The notes: generated from the sequence alone by a model not told the origin. A stretch of DNA of 63,654 nt, filler included, from Chiloscyllium plagiosum (GCF_004010195.1; 5 parts of one record of this genome joined end to end with filler, not necessarily neighbours in it), one strand, 5' to 3'. Shown: positions 1 to 12,320, counted from the whole stretch's first letter. Made by a program: numbers and translations.

Positions 1-240
1 GGAATGGGGAGGGAAATATATCCCTGGTGGTGGGGTCTGTTTGGAGGTGGCGGAAATGACAGTGGATGATACGATGTATCCGGAGGTTGGTGGGGTGGAA
101 GGTGAGGACCAGTGGGGTTCTGTCCTGGTGATGATTGGAGGGGCAGGGTTAAGGGCAGAGATGCGGGAAGTGGAGGAGATGTGGTGGAGGGCATCGTCGA
201 CCACGTCGGAGGGGAGATTGCGGTCTTTGTACTGCGAATC
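1..240 (-). mobile_element. Penelope-like element internal fragment
   Basis: Colinear with PLE sequence at 6995-7025 and 8216-8400 (ggggagggaaat.tat..ctggtggtg...gtggggtggaaggtgaggac), which continues into a GIY-YIG domain. Confidence 0.7.
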
Positions 241-1007
241 ATCTAGAAGGCACAAGTCATGGGATACTGGAATGCTTTTTTTAATTAGGACCTTGATTTT
301 TAAAATAGAGGAACGATGTATTCTTTTCAGTTTTATTTATATTTTTATTTTGCATGTATTGAAAAGGGGGGGGAGATATCGTTATGGCTTCAGTTTTGAG
401 TTATTGAGTTTTGATACTAGGCATTCTCAGCTCTGTTTAAACACATTTGTAATGAGGGCTCATAGCTTTAGAGTAGAGGAAATAGTTCACTTTGTCCCAT
501 TCCAAGAGAAAACAGTCCACAATAGGGAGGACAGTGCCAAGATGGTTGCTGGGGTGCCTGACAATCAGCTTCCCATCCATGATGAGGAAAGGATCCTGGT
601 CCTGGCTGATCAGGAGATGCTGTAAAATCCATGCCCTGGCAATCAGATAAGAAGCATGGTCCATTGCTGTGCTGCTCTTCTGCTACAATGAGCAAGCTCA
701 ATACATGCCCAAATGCCTTGCTCACATTATATGCTGTCTGCCTGGTCCCCGTGGCCACGAATTTGGTCATGCAAGGGAAGAACCACAGATCCCTCAGAGG
801 ACACACCAACAAGGCGGCCTCTTGCACTGAGCTGCTGAGCTCTCAATGGGTACTTGTGTTAGATTAGAGTTGGGCGCACATACTGATGAGCAAATTACTG
901 TCATGTCTGCGCATTAGTCACTGGCACTCAGAGAACTGCCAGGGACCAAGGACCTGCTCCGCCCCAGACAGGAGATGACCCCATAATATTGACCTTTAAG
1001 AACGTCA

Positions 1008-1120
1008 GGTGAAAGTGAGGCCTGCAGAGTCAGATCAGAGTAATGCTGGAAAATCACAGCAGGTCAGGCAGCATCCGAGGAGCAGGAAAATTGACATTTC
1101 GGGCAGGACCCCTTCATCAG
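1008..1120 (-). mobile_element. Short PLE 3'-tail insertion (family A) with degenerate hammerhead
   Basis: Family A tail; 8-bp TSD gaacgtca at 1000-1007 and 1121-1128. Confidence 0.85.
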
Positions 1121-1194
1121 GAACGTCATCCAAGTGTACGGGAGATCATAGCAGCAGGAGACAGGTTTGAAAGGGGCACTAGGGAAACTGACAC

Positions 1195-2100
1195 AAAGTT
1201 TACAGGAATGCACAGGTTAAATGAATGGGCAAAAACTTAGCAGATGGAATATAGTGCAGGAAAATGAGTGGTTATGCATTTTGACGGGAGGAGCAGAGGA
1301 TCTGAATATTATTTAAATGGGGAAAGACTGCAGAAAGCTGCAGCACAGAGGAGTTTGAGAGTCCCCATCCATGAATCACAAAATAATAGCATCCAAATTC
1401 AATGGGTGATAGGGAAGGCAAATGGAACGATGGTTTTATTTCAAAGCGAATGTCGTGTGAAAGTAGGGAGGTCTTGCTAAAACTATACATGGCACTAATC
1501 AGACCACAGCTGGAACACTGTGAACAGTCTAAATAAAGATATACTGGCACTGAAGGCAGTCCAGAGAAGGTTTGTTAGGCTGATACCAGATATGGAGGGA
1601 CTTCATGAGGAAAGACCGAGTAGGTTGGGCCTGTAATCATCGGAATTTAGAAGAATGAAGGGTAACCTTATTGGAACATACAATATTCTTCGGGGACTTG
1701 ATAGGATAGGTGCAGAGTCTAGGTCCAGAGGGCATAATCTAGGAATAAGGGGGTTGTACATTGAAGACAGAGATGAGGAGGAATTTCTTCTCTCAGATGG
1801 TAGTGAACCTGTGGAGTTCTTTAGCACAGAGGGTTATTGATCATTAAGTATGTTCAGATTGTTAATCGGTAAGGGAACCAAAGTGATGGGGTAAAGGCAG
1901 AAAAGTGGAGTTCAGGAATATCAGATCAGCCATGATCTCATTAAATGATAGAGCAGACTTAATGGACTGAAAGGATTCTGGATTAGTGGTGCTGGAAGAG
2001 CACAGCAGTTCAGGCAGCATTCAAGGAGCAGCGAAATCGATGTTTCGGGCAAAAGCCCTTCATCAGGACTGAAAGGCCTACTTTCTGCTCCTCAGTCTTT
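1195..2100 (+). mobile_element. CR1 LINE 3' fragment (decayed RT C-terminus and 3'UTR)
   Basis: VMHF, RPQLEHC and KGNLIGTYNILRGLDR remnants; CR1-type 3' tail split by the insert at 1975-2065. Confidence 0.85.
1975..2065 (-). mobile_element. Short PLE tail insertion (family A)
   Basis: 11-bp perfect TSD ggactgaaagg at 1964-1974 and 2066-2076; element ends at the hammerhead core. Confidence 0.9.
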
Positions 2101-2482
2101 TGGATTTATTTTAGCTACTGCGTCCTCTTTCAAACCAAGTTGGAAATTGAAGTGCTCTGTATGAGTATAATGGAGGTTTTTACTGTTTGTAGTTGTAGTA
2201 GCTGCTGGTACTCCATAGCACAGTGTAGACTACTTCCTGAAGCAGCAGCCTCTGCTGGTGAGAGCTGTGCAGCCAAAAATCCTGCAATCGACACTCCCGA
2301 ATAACAATCCATCGGGGCCAAGGCTGGTGCACTTAGCTGCAGCAAAAACAGATGCAAGATTTAACTTCACATTTTCTAATTAGTTAAATAAAGACACAAT
2401 TAGGTTCTTTTTAACTAACTCTAGAATTGTTAAATATGTTTCCAGTCTGCATCTCAATGCTTTGACTCTCCTTCTGTTTCAG

Positions 2483-2641
2483 TTGTGTTGGCATCAGAGA
2501 CTGATATCCACATTCTGCCAACATTTCAGGAGGCAACGCCAGCTAAACCAGCCAGGACCTGCTGAAATAGCAGTCGTGATAATGAAATTTCTTAAATGGA
2601 AACAGCTTATAGTTCACTCTTGAAGATCAAACTATAGGGTT
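2483..2641 (+). other. Candidate non-coding exon
   Basis: tttgactctccttctgtttcAG acceptor and GTGAGT donor at 2642 in apparently unique sequence; all three frames contain stops. Confidence 0.4.
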
Positions 2642-2833
2642 GTGAGTATTTCCTTTGATCAGCTGTGTGTGGAACTTTCTTCTGCCTGGTGTCATGGTGA
2701 GTCAACAGGCTAAGAACAAAAATATCAGATTGTCAAAATCAAGAGCATTTTTTTCAGATTTCCTCTCAAGCCTCAAATAGCGATTTTAAACTTTATCATT
2801 GAGTGGTGACTACCTTGCTTCTATGTATTTGCA

Positions 2834-3056
2834 GGAGAAAGTGAGGTCTGCAGATGCTGGAGATCAGAGCTGAAAATGTGTTGCTGGAAAAGCGCAGCAG
2901 CCCAGGCAGCATCCAGGGAACAGGAGAATCGACGTTTCGGGCATAAGCCCTTCTTCAGGAATGATGAAGAAGGGCTTATGCCCGAAACGTCGATTCTCCT
3001 GTTCCCTGGATGCTGCCTGGGCTGCTGCGCTTTTCCAGCAACACATTTTCAGCTCT
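2834..3056. mobile_element. Palindromic PLE-derived mini-element (family A)
   Basis: Perfect 92-bp arms 2866-2957 and 2965-3056 with 7-nt loop; 14-bp TSD with one mismatch (2820-2833, 3054-3067). Confidence 0.92.
2931..2958 (-). ncRNA. Minimal hammerhead ribozyme motif (PLE type)
   Basis: CUGAAGA-A-GGGC(UUAU)GCCC-GAAACGUC on the minus strand. Confidence 0.7.
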
Positions 3057-4139
3057 ATGTGTTTGCATCTCATTAAAACTCCAAGTCGCCCTATTTTAAT
3101 GCCATTTCCAATGTTCCACTCGTTCTCTGGGTGACCTCTCGGTGCAAATTCCCAACAGGTGTATCCGGGCAGAGATGCTTGACCCAGACCGTCATTCCAC
3201 TGCTTTTTCTGAGCAAAATCCCTGCAAAGTTCACGACCACCCTCCAGATCAATCCATGTCAGTTGGCATCAGCAAACCACCAGCCTCCTCACACAGATGT
3301 TAGTCACTCACCGTGATGTTTTGGAGCTTAGGGACACCTATGATTTGCATGCTTCCACCAAGTTGTTTTGCACGCAAGGATAGCCACACACCTCATGCAT
3401 CTGCATAAGACGCTTTTGCACTGACATTGACACATGCATCTTAGTGGCCATATTGCTTTCCTCGCTCTGACTCACTTTACGTTCACTTGGACAGTGCCAG
3501 CTTCTGTCCACACTTCTTTCTTAGTACTCCCCCACTTTAACACTGACCTACGCAGTGACCAGGCAGAGTCTGGTGCTGACAGCGCCCACCACGAACTGTA
3601 TGCCCTGCCATCACTTGCCGTTCTCTAGATACAGAATGTAACTGGAAGATGGCTGGGGGAGCACTCAGGCTGGCAGACTTTGATGGGCAGAAACTTGGAT
3701 TCATGTCTGCAGGGTATCAGGACATCGAAGGGGGAAAGATATGATGCACACGTTTGCAAACATTTCTTTGCACATATGAGTGAACATACCTCTGCATAAA
3801 ATGTTGCTGGAAGGCAGATTGCACTATCCCATTGGCGTGAGTTAACCTAATGTTGTCATCTCAAGGAATTGGCAGCAATAACTTTAATGAATGTAAATAC
3901 AGTCCAAAAGCCTTCCATCGCTGCTATGGGGTTAAAGGGAATAGCACTACATCATATCTCATGTAATGATGATGATGGGCTCTAATGAATACAATGGAAA
4001 ATAGAAAAATTGCTGTGAGTCTGGTTTGGAATGAAGCAAGCTAGTGCAGGCACCTTCACCATTTTGGTGCCCATCCTCTGACCAGGGCCGTGGTGGAGTG
4101 GACAATCAGTCTGAAGTTGTGGTTGTGCTGCATGGATTG

Positions 4140-4335
4140 GTCTGGAGATGGCTTCCAGTAAATTCCAGAGTGCGGTGCCCTATCCTAGTGCCCTCTGCTC
4201 AATCGGAGCAGGCTCGATGCTGAGGAGCCAGGGAACCGGAGCATTGGTCCACGGAGATGGATGAGGACATAAAGTTTGGGGGAACTCTCTTTGTCCATGA
4301 CAGAGCTCAACTGCATCAGATGCCACAGGCTGACA
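4140..4335 (+). mobile_element. Possible PIF/Harbinger transposase N-terminal relic
   Basis: LSMTELNCIRCHRLTRAT resembles the HARBI1-like N-terminal motif; highly decayed. Confidence 0.3.
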
Positions 4336-4872
4336 AGGGCCACAGCTGAGGAAATTTGGGCATGTTGGCGAATACCCTTGCCAACTCTTATAATTGTGGC
4401 ATCGAGAGCATTCTGTATGGATGTATCATGACCTGGTATGGCAACTGTACCATTCAAGATCAGAGACGGTTACAGAGAATGGTGAACTCAGCCCGGGCAA
4501 TCACAAAGGCCAACCTCCCATCTATAGAATCCATCCACCAGGCCCGCTGTCAAGGAATGGCCACCAGCATTCTCAAAGATCCATCCCATCCTGGCAATGT
4601 TTTTCTACAACCTCTACCATCAGGGAGAAGGTACAGAAGCCTGAACACACTCACCAGCCGGTATCGAAATTGTTTCTACCCTACTGTTGTTGGAATACTG
4701 AATGGACTCTCAAACTCTTAACATTCGCCTGAACCCGTGTTTTTGTTTTTGCCGCTGTTTACCTATTATTTACAAGCTATGCTACTTAACTATGTGATCT
4801 GCCTGTAATGCTCACAAGACAAAGCTTTTCACTGTGCCTCGGTACACGTGACAAATAATTCAATTCAATTCT
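4336..4872 (+). mobile_element. Rex1/Babar-type LINE 3' end
   Basis: ORF 4356-4721 (IESIL.GCI..WYGNC, KDPSHPG..FLQPLPSGRRYRSL) typical of the Rex1/Babar RT C-terminal region; (attca)n tail. Confidence 0.85.
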
Positions 4873-5744
4873 ATTGATGCCAGCTGGGTGCTGAAAACCA
4901 TCTTGACTATCAAAGTCAAGATACCGGCATTTGTTCCACATTTGAGGTGTTACATTTTGCAGTTTGTATTCTTTTCCAACATGTTTCCTTTTGCTGTCTG
5001 TCAATAAAAGCTCATGTTTGGACTTGCCTGAATGCCTGGATGTACATGATGTTCCCTCAATAGCAAATGGCAAAATGAGTGCGATAACAGGGAATTAGGG
5101 AAAGTGCAGCGGGCACCCAGAGGATGTTTTGATGGATTATATCCAGAGACAGGTAAAGCATACAGCCTGCAGGTTAAACAGCAATCAGGGTGAGAGAATG
5201 GGGTTGCATGCACAAGGGAGCATCAGCTGTGCCAGTCATATGCAGCGTGGGCTTAGTGCCTGTTGTGCCATTACACTCCAGTGAGAGACAATACTGGAAT
5301 GCCAATGCTTGCTATTTCTGTGAGTGGCACATGGTAAGATGGGACTAAAATTGGACATGAGGGATGTCATTCACCATGGTTGGGTAGCTAATGCAGAGTT
5401 TGGTGAAATCTCACTGAGCTTCACCGGAGCACACAACTCGTTTGACGCAACTCGAGTTCATACAAAAAAAATGTAAAATTAATTTATTTGAGTCCATTAT
5501 TTTAAAGTCAGACCATTTGTTTACAAGTTCCAATTTAAAGTTGCTTTAAGAGGTAAATCAGGTACAAAATTGTCAAATTTTCAGACTTTGTAAAGTTTCA
5601 AGTGCAAGATGAGCTCAACTCAGCATTAATTGTAATCAGTCTAATTTTTACTTTTGAACATTAATAGAAAAACATTCCAAATATGTTTAAATGGTGTGTC
5701 TGGATTAAAAATCCCCAAACATTTATCATGTGATTGAGCTGTAA

Positions 5745-6066
5745 AACATTATGAGGGGTATAGACGGGATAGATAGGAAGAAATGTTTCCTCTAGGTGGA
5801 GGGTTCAAGGTAAAGGGGCAGGAAGTATAAAGGAGATGTGAGGAAGACTTTCTCATCTCTTTCATGTGGTGGGACCCTGTAAGGGTGACATAGGCAGAAG
5901 CCCTCATAACATTGAAGATGTATTTAGATATTCACTTGCAATGCATACGAGGTTGTGGGTCAGATGCTGGGAAATGGGAATAGGATAGTTTAATGGCGTT
6001 TTAAACAGAAAAGATTCAATGGGCTGAAGGGCCCCTTTTTTGAGACGTAGACCTCTATGACTCTGT
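5745..6066 (+). mobile_element. CR1 3' end
   Basis: IMRGIDGIDR-type remnant and ctctatgactct tail. Confidence 0.75.
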
Positions 6067-6559
6067 GGCTGTATGACAATATCCTAGAATCATAATTATG
6101 CCCATTAATCACAAATGCACAGCTCAGTTGAAAAGTTTATTTTATTAGCCTTCCCACATATCTCTTGCTGGGCTTTTCTGAAATGTAACAAAAAGGAACC
6201 TTAACCTATTCAGAATCAAAATGTGTGGCGCTGGAAAAGCACAGCAGGTCAGGCAGCATTCAAGGAGCAGGAGAGTCAATGTTTTGGGAATAAGCCCTTC
6301 ATCAGGAATATTGTGGGGGGAGGGAGCTGAGAGATAAATAGGGGGGGGGGGGAGGGGGGGGAAGGTAGCATGGAAGGTGATAGGTAGATTCAGACGGGAG
6401 ATGATGATGATAGGTTGGAGCAGAAAGGTGGGAAGGAAAATGGACAGGTAGGACAGGCAGTGACGAGTTGGAGGGTTAGATCTGGGATGAGGTGGGGGAG
6501 GGGAGATCAGGAAACTGGTGAAGTCAACATTGCACTATGTGATTTAAGGGTGCCAAAGT

Positions 6560-6925
6560 GGAAGATTAGACGTTCTTCCTCCAGGCGTCGGGTGACTTGG
6601 AGTTGATGGTGGAACAGGCCCAGTCATGTCCTTGTGGAATGGGAGGGGGAGTTGAGGTGGTTGACCACAGGGCAATGGGGTTGTTTTGTACACATGTCCC
6701 AGAGATGTTCTCTGAAACATTCAGCAAGTTGGCGTCCTGAATCCCCAAAATAGAAGACACCACATCGAGAGCAATAGATGCAGTAGATGAGCTGTTTAGA
6801 GGTGCAGGAAAATCTCTGCCAGATGTGGAAGGATCCTTTGGGGTCTTGGGTGGAGGTGAGGGGGGACGTGTGGGTGCAGGTCTTACAGGTCTTGTGATAG
6901 CAGGGAAAGGTGCCAAGAGTTGAGG
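6560..6925 (-). pseudogene. PLE GIY-YIG endonuclease with Cys-rich linker (Neptune-like), decayed
   Basis: Hand translation GTFPCYHKTCKTC...FSCTSKQLIYCIYCSRCGVFYFGDSGRQLAECFREHLWD. Confidence 0.85.
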
Positions 6926-7023
6926 GTTGGTGGGGGGCATGAACCTAACAAGGGGGTCACAGAGGGAATGGTCTCTGCAGACCGCAGATAGCGGTGGGGA
7001 GGGAAATCTATCTCTGGTGGTGA

Positions 7024-8217
7024 GGTGACATGGTGTCTCAGTGGTTAGCACTGCTGCCTCACAGAGCCAGGGACCTGGGTTCGATTCCAGCCTCAGGTTA
7101 TTGTCTGTGTGGAATTTGCACGCTCTCCCCGTGTCTGCGTGGGTTTCCTCTGGGTACTCTGGCTTCCTCCCACAGTCCAAAGATATGCAGATTAGGTGGA
7201 TTGGCAATGCTAAATTTCCCATTGTGTTCAGGGATGTGTAGGTTAGGTCATAGTCATAGAGATATACAGCATGGAAACAGACCCTTCGGTCCAACTCGTC
7301 CATGCTGACCAGATATCCGCCACAGATTCACCTGCACCNNNNNNNNNNNNNNNNNNNNCCAGATATCCCAACCCAATCTAGTCCCATTTGCCAGCACTTG
7401 GTCCATATCCCTCTAAACCCTTTCTATTTATATACACATCCAGATGCCTTTTAAATGTTGCAATTGTACCAGCCTCCACCACATCCTCTGGCAGCTCATT
7501 CCATATACGCACCACCCTCTCCGTGAAAAAGTTGCCCCTTAGGTCCCTTTTACATCTTTCCCTTCTCACCCTAAACCTATGCCCTCTAGTTGTAGACACC
7601 CCTACTCCAGGGAAAATACTTTGTCTATTTATCTTATCCATGCCCTTCATGATTTTATAAACCTCTGAGGTCACCCCTCAGCCTCCGACGCTCTGGGAAA
7701 ACAGCCCCAGTCCATTCAGCCTCCAAACCTGGTAACATTCTTGGAAATCTTTTCTGAACCTTTTCATGTTTTACAACATTTTTCTGATAGGAAGGAGACC
7801 AGAATTGCAAGCAATATTCCAATAGCGCCTAACCAATGTCCTGAACAGCTGCAACATGACCTCCCAACTCCTGTATTCAATGCTCTGACCAATCATAAAT
7901 GATGAAAAGTTGTGGACCCAGCACCGATCCTTGTGGTACATTATTAGTCACAGGTCTCCAGTCTGAAAAACAACCCTCCACCATCACCCTCTGTTTTCTA
8001 CCTTTGAGCAGTTTTGTATCCAAATGGCTAGTTCTCCCAGTATTCCATGAGATTTAACCTTGCTAACCAGTCTCCCATAGGTGCATTAGGTGCATTAGTC
8101 AGGGATAAATGTAGAGTAGTAGGGGAATGGGTCTGGGTGGGTTCCTCTTTGGAGGGTTGGTGTGGAATTGCTGAGCCGAAGGGCCCGTTTCCCTACTGTA
8201 GGAATTCTATGATTCTA
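7024..8217 (+). mobile_element. HE1/V-SINE-type tRNA-derived SINE, split by a CR1
   Basis: A box at about 7031-7044, B box ggttcgattcc 7078-7088, V-SINE core (gtgggtttcctc...ttcctcccacagtccaaaga); body resumes at about 8079 and ends ctatgattcta. Confidence 0.88.
7248..8078 (-). mobile_element. CR1 (HER1-like) 3' portion nested in SINE
   Basis: ORF 7378-7674 EVYKIMKGMD...FFTERVVRIWNELP; 20-N gap at 7339-7358. Confidence 0.9.
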
Positions 8218-8840
8218 GGTAGTGGAAATGACGGAAGATAATGCTGTGTATCCAGAGATTAGTGGGGTGGAAGGTGAGGACAGAGGGGTTGCAATTGGAG
8301 GAGTGTGATTAAAGAACAAAGGTGTGGGAAATGGAGGAGATGCACTGGAGGGCATTATTGAACACATGGGAGGGGAAATTGCCACCCTTGAAATGGGAGA
8401 CTGTCTGGAATGTTCTGGAATGGAATTGCTCCTCCTGGGAGCAGATACAATGGAGGTGGAGGAATTGGAATTAAGGGATCGCATTTTTACAGGAGAGGGG
8501 GATTGGAAGAGGGCTCGTCCAGGTAGCTGTGGGAGGTGATGGGTTTGAAATTATTGTCTCTGTTAAGTTGGTCACCAGAGATGGAGAGATCTCGGAAGGG
8601 GAGGGAGTTGTCTGAGATGGTCCATGTGATCAGAAGGTCAGGGTGGAAGGTGTTCCTTCCATGACTCCCTCATTAAGTCCACGCCCCCCAACAACTCACC
8701 CTCCGCACCTGGCATCTTCCATTGCTGCTGCACGAGGTGTAAAACCTGCACCCACACCTCCCCTCTCACCTCCGTCCAAGGCCCCAAAAGATCTTTTCAC
8801 ATCCAGCAGAGATTTTCCTGCACATCTAAACACCTCATCT

Positions 8841-10122
8841 ATGAAAGAAGAGCTGTAGATGTCATATATATGGCATTTATTAAGGTGTTTGATAAAGTTC
8901 ACCATGGTAAAGTTCTTTGAGGAAGTCACCAAGTTGATAGATGAAGGAAGGGCTGTAGATATCATATACATGGACTTTAGTAAGGCATTTGATAAGGTTC
9001 CCCATGGTAAACTAATGGAGAAAGTGATGTCACATGGTGTGCAGGGTGTTCTAGCTAGGTGGATAAAAAAACTCGTTGAGCAACAGGAGACAGAGAGTAG
9101 TAGTTGAAAGGAGTTTCTTGAAATGGAGAAAGGTGATCAATGTTGTCCTGGGGGTCAGTGTTGGGGCCACTGTTGTTTGTAATACATATAAATGATCTGG
9201 AAGAGGGCACTGTTGGTATGATCAGCAAGTTTGCAGATGTCACAAAGATTGGTGGAGTAGCAGAAAGCAAAAGGGACTGTCAAAAAATACTGGAGAATAG
9301 ATAGACTGGAGAGTTGGGCGGAAAAGTGACAGATGGAGCGCAATCCAGGCAAATGTGAGGTGATGCATTTTGGGAATTATACTGTAAACAGAAGAGCCTT
9401 GAGAAATGTTGATGAGCAGAGAGATCTGGGAGTTCAGGTCCTTTGTACCCTGAAGGTTGCTGCACAGGTGGATAGAGTGGTCAAGAAGTCATATTGTATG
9501 CTTGCCTTCATCAGACGGGGTATTGAGTATAAGAGCTGGCAGGTCATGTTAAAATTGTACAAGACATTGATTTGGCTGCATTTAGAATACTGTGTACAGT
9601 TCTGGTTGCCAGATTACCAAAAGGATGTGGACGCATTGGAGAGTATGCAGAGAAGGTTTATGAGGATATTGTCCGATATGGAAGATGTTAGCTATGAAGA
9701 GAGGTTGAGTAGGTTAGGATTGCTTTCATTAGATAAAAAGGAGATGGGGGGGGACCTGATTGAGGTCTACAAAATCATGAAGGGTATAGACAGGGTAGAT
9801 AGAGATAAGCTTTTTCCCAGGGTGAAGGATTCAATAACGAGAGGTCCCGCTTTCGAGGAGAGAGGTGAAAGGTTTAAGGGGAATTCACACGGCAAGTAAT
9901 TTACACAGAGGGTGGTACGCATTGCCAGCAGAGGTAGTAGAGGTAGGTACGGTAGACTAATTTACTGTGTGTCTAGACGGATGCATGAGTAGGTGGGGAG
10001 CAGAGGGATACAGATGCTTAGGAATTGGGCGACAGATTTAGACAGTGGATTTGGATCGGCTCAGGCTTGGAAGGCTGAAGGGCCTGCTCCTGGGCTGGAA
10101 ATTTTCTTTGTTCTTTGTTCTT
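8841..10122 (+). mobile_element. 5'-truncated CR1 nested in PLE
   Basis: YMDFSKAFDKVPH, HLEYCVQFW, YEERL; ttctttgttctttgttc tail. Confidence 0.92.
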
Positions 10123-11083
10123 TCTACTGTGTCCATTGCTTTCAATGTAATGGGAAGACCAGATCCCAACTCGTGGAACATTTCAGGGAGCATTGCTGGG
10201 ACACATGCACCAAGAAAGTCCAACCCCCTATGGCTGACCACTTCAACACCCTCTCCCACTCTGCCAAGGACATGCAAGTCTTGGGCCTCCTCCACTGTCA
10301 AATGCAAGCCACCCGAGGCCCTGGAGGAAGAATGTCTTATCTCCTGTCTTGGGACCTTTTAACCACATGGCATCAACATCAACTTCTCCAGTTTCCTTAT
10401 TTCCCCTCCCCACACCCACGCTCCTATTTATCTCTCAGCCCCCTTCCTTGCCCCCAACATTCCTGATGAAGGGCTTATGCCCATAACGTCGACTCTCCTG
10501 TTCCTCAGATGCTGTACTTTTCCAGTGCCATACTTTTCAACTGACTCTCCAGTGTCTGCAGTGCCCAAACAAAAGAAATCTTATGAGCTTCCACATGGAA
10601 CGCAGTAGATCTATAACTTCGCATAACATTAAACTTGCACAGGCATGCTCAATCACTCTCATGTCACTGATGGAAGCATCCTTACACTGACACATAAGCT
10701 CTGCAGCACTTGTTTAATTTACGATAAGTTTTGCTTTAAAGGAAGGTTTCTCAAACTACTAATTAAGAACAGTCTCTTGCAAACACAAAGAGACAAGGAA
10801 AAGGTGTTCTCCAAGTTTGAATTGACAGACTTCGCAATTTCCCTATCCCATGGATATCTTTATTCACTTTATTACATCTCATCCAAGAGGGATCCTTCCA
10901 CTAATTCCATTCACCACAAGCAGAACAATTATTTTCCATGAATGAAACACGCATTTTAACATGTTTTTTTATCAATTTTCCTATGATTATATACACACAT
11001 TAAACAAGGCTAGACCATAGAGGGTTAATGAATCTCTGCTGGCTTGAACAGATGACACACAAAGTACAGAACAGTGCCATAAA

Positions 11084-11325
11084 CCACACACACTCACACA
11101 CACTCGCTCTGGCACACACACACACTCACTCTGTGACTCATATACCCAAGTACATGCTCTCTCTCTGACTCTCACACACACGCTCTCTGACTCACACACA
11201 CTCAGACACACACACACACATACACACACACATATACACATACACACACACACATACACACACACACGCATACACACATACACACACGCATATACACACA
11301 CATGCACACACACACACACACACAC
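11084..11325. repeat. Imperfect (CA)n/(CT)n microsatellite
   Basis: Directly visible. Confidence 0.97.
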
Positions 11326-11508
11326 AAAGGGTAACAAGTTGAGATTTATGCATAAGCATTTTTCTTTGTCGTTCCTTTTCTCAACAGCAACCAAGTTACT
11401 GTCGTGCTCCCAACTTAAGTACTATGAACTCTTGTCTAATTCCTGACTAAGTTTCATTTATCCATAGTCCTTTTTGGAATTGGTTTACAAAGTGGATCCC
11501 ACCATTCA

Positions 11509-11701
11509 CTTGAGTGTGTGGTGCTGGAAAAGCACAGCAGGTCAGGCAGCATCCGAAGGCAGGAAATCGACGTTTCGGGCAAAAGCCCTTCATTGCCTGA
11601 AATGTCGATTCTCCTGCTCCACGGATGCTGCCTGACCTGCTGTGCTTTTCCAGCACCACAATCCCAACTCTAATCTCCAGCATTTGCAGTCCTCACTTCC
11701 G
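11509..11701. mobile_element. Palindromic PLE mini-element (family A)
   Basis: Inverted arms folding back in the hammerhead region; 11-bp TSD cccaccattca at 11498-11508 and 11702-11712. Confidence 0.9.
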
Positions 11702-12320
11702 CCCACCATTCATTGTTGCATTGCAGTTACCTCACAGATAACTACACTCCTCTCCAATACAGTTCCCCTCCAGGGCAACTGGATCCCACCAGGGTCATTT
11801 GCTTTGCATTGTACATTGTGACTAACCTATCCTCAGTATGTTCTGCCAGGTCTGTATCTTCCAGATCTCCTGGCTGGCGCATCCCACTGTAAACACCCCT
11901 TTTTGGATCTAAAGGTCCTAGCCCAGATACCAATGGCACGCAATAACTTTGGATGTGGTTCTACTTAATGTAGTGCACACTGTTACAGTAAAAGGTAATC
12001 ACACATGCTCACAATAACAATGGGTGCTCTGAGGTCCCACAATCCAGGGTCTGTCTCAGGTGAGCAATCCATCATCAGATCTCATAGCACATTCTCAGAG
12101 CAACTGACCAAACTGACCTGGCTGCAAAAACAAGTTAATTATGATGTCCTTTTAATATGAACACAGAAAATAGAACAAAGAAAATTTACAGCCCAGGAGC
12201 AGGCCCTTCGGCCCTCCAAGCCTGTGCCGATCCAAATCCACTGTTTAAACCTATACTCCAATTCCTAAGGATCTGTATCCCTCTGCTCCCCACCTACTCA
12301 TGCATCTGTCCAGGTGCTCC

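Larger units (their letters stand above)
6208..10566. mobile_element. Composite Penelope-like element with inverted 3' segments and nested insertions
   Basis: Minus-strand PLE at 6208-7023 and 8218-8648; plus-strand copy of its 3' part at 8650-8840 and 10123-10566; possible degenerate TSD 6187-6203 / 10568-10583. Confidence 0.8.

Noticed and set aside
430..870. Overlapping ORFs or possible Harbinger remnant
   Set aside because: Similarity too weak to support any call
2864..3076. Near-identical ORFs on both strands
   Set aside because: Consequence of the palindrome, not a gene
7024..7100. tRNA gene-like A/B boxes
   Set aside because: Head of a SINE; continues into the V core and LINE-like tail
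10987..11394. Cys/Val-rich 135-aa ORF
   Set aside because: Translation of a (TG)n microsatellite
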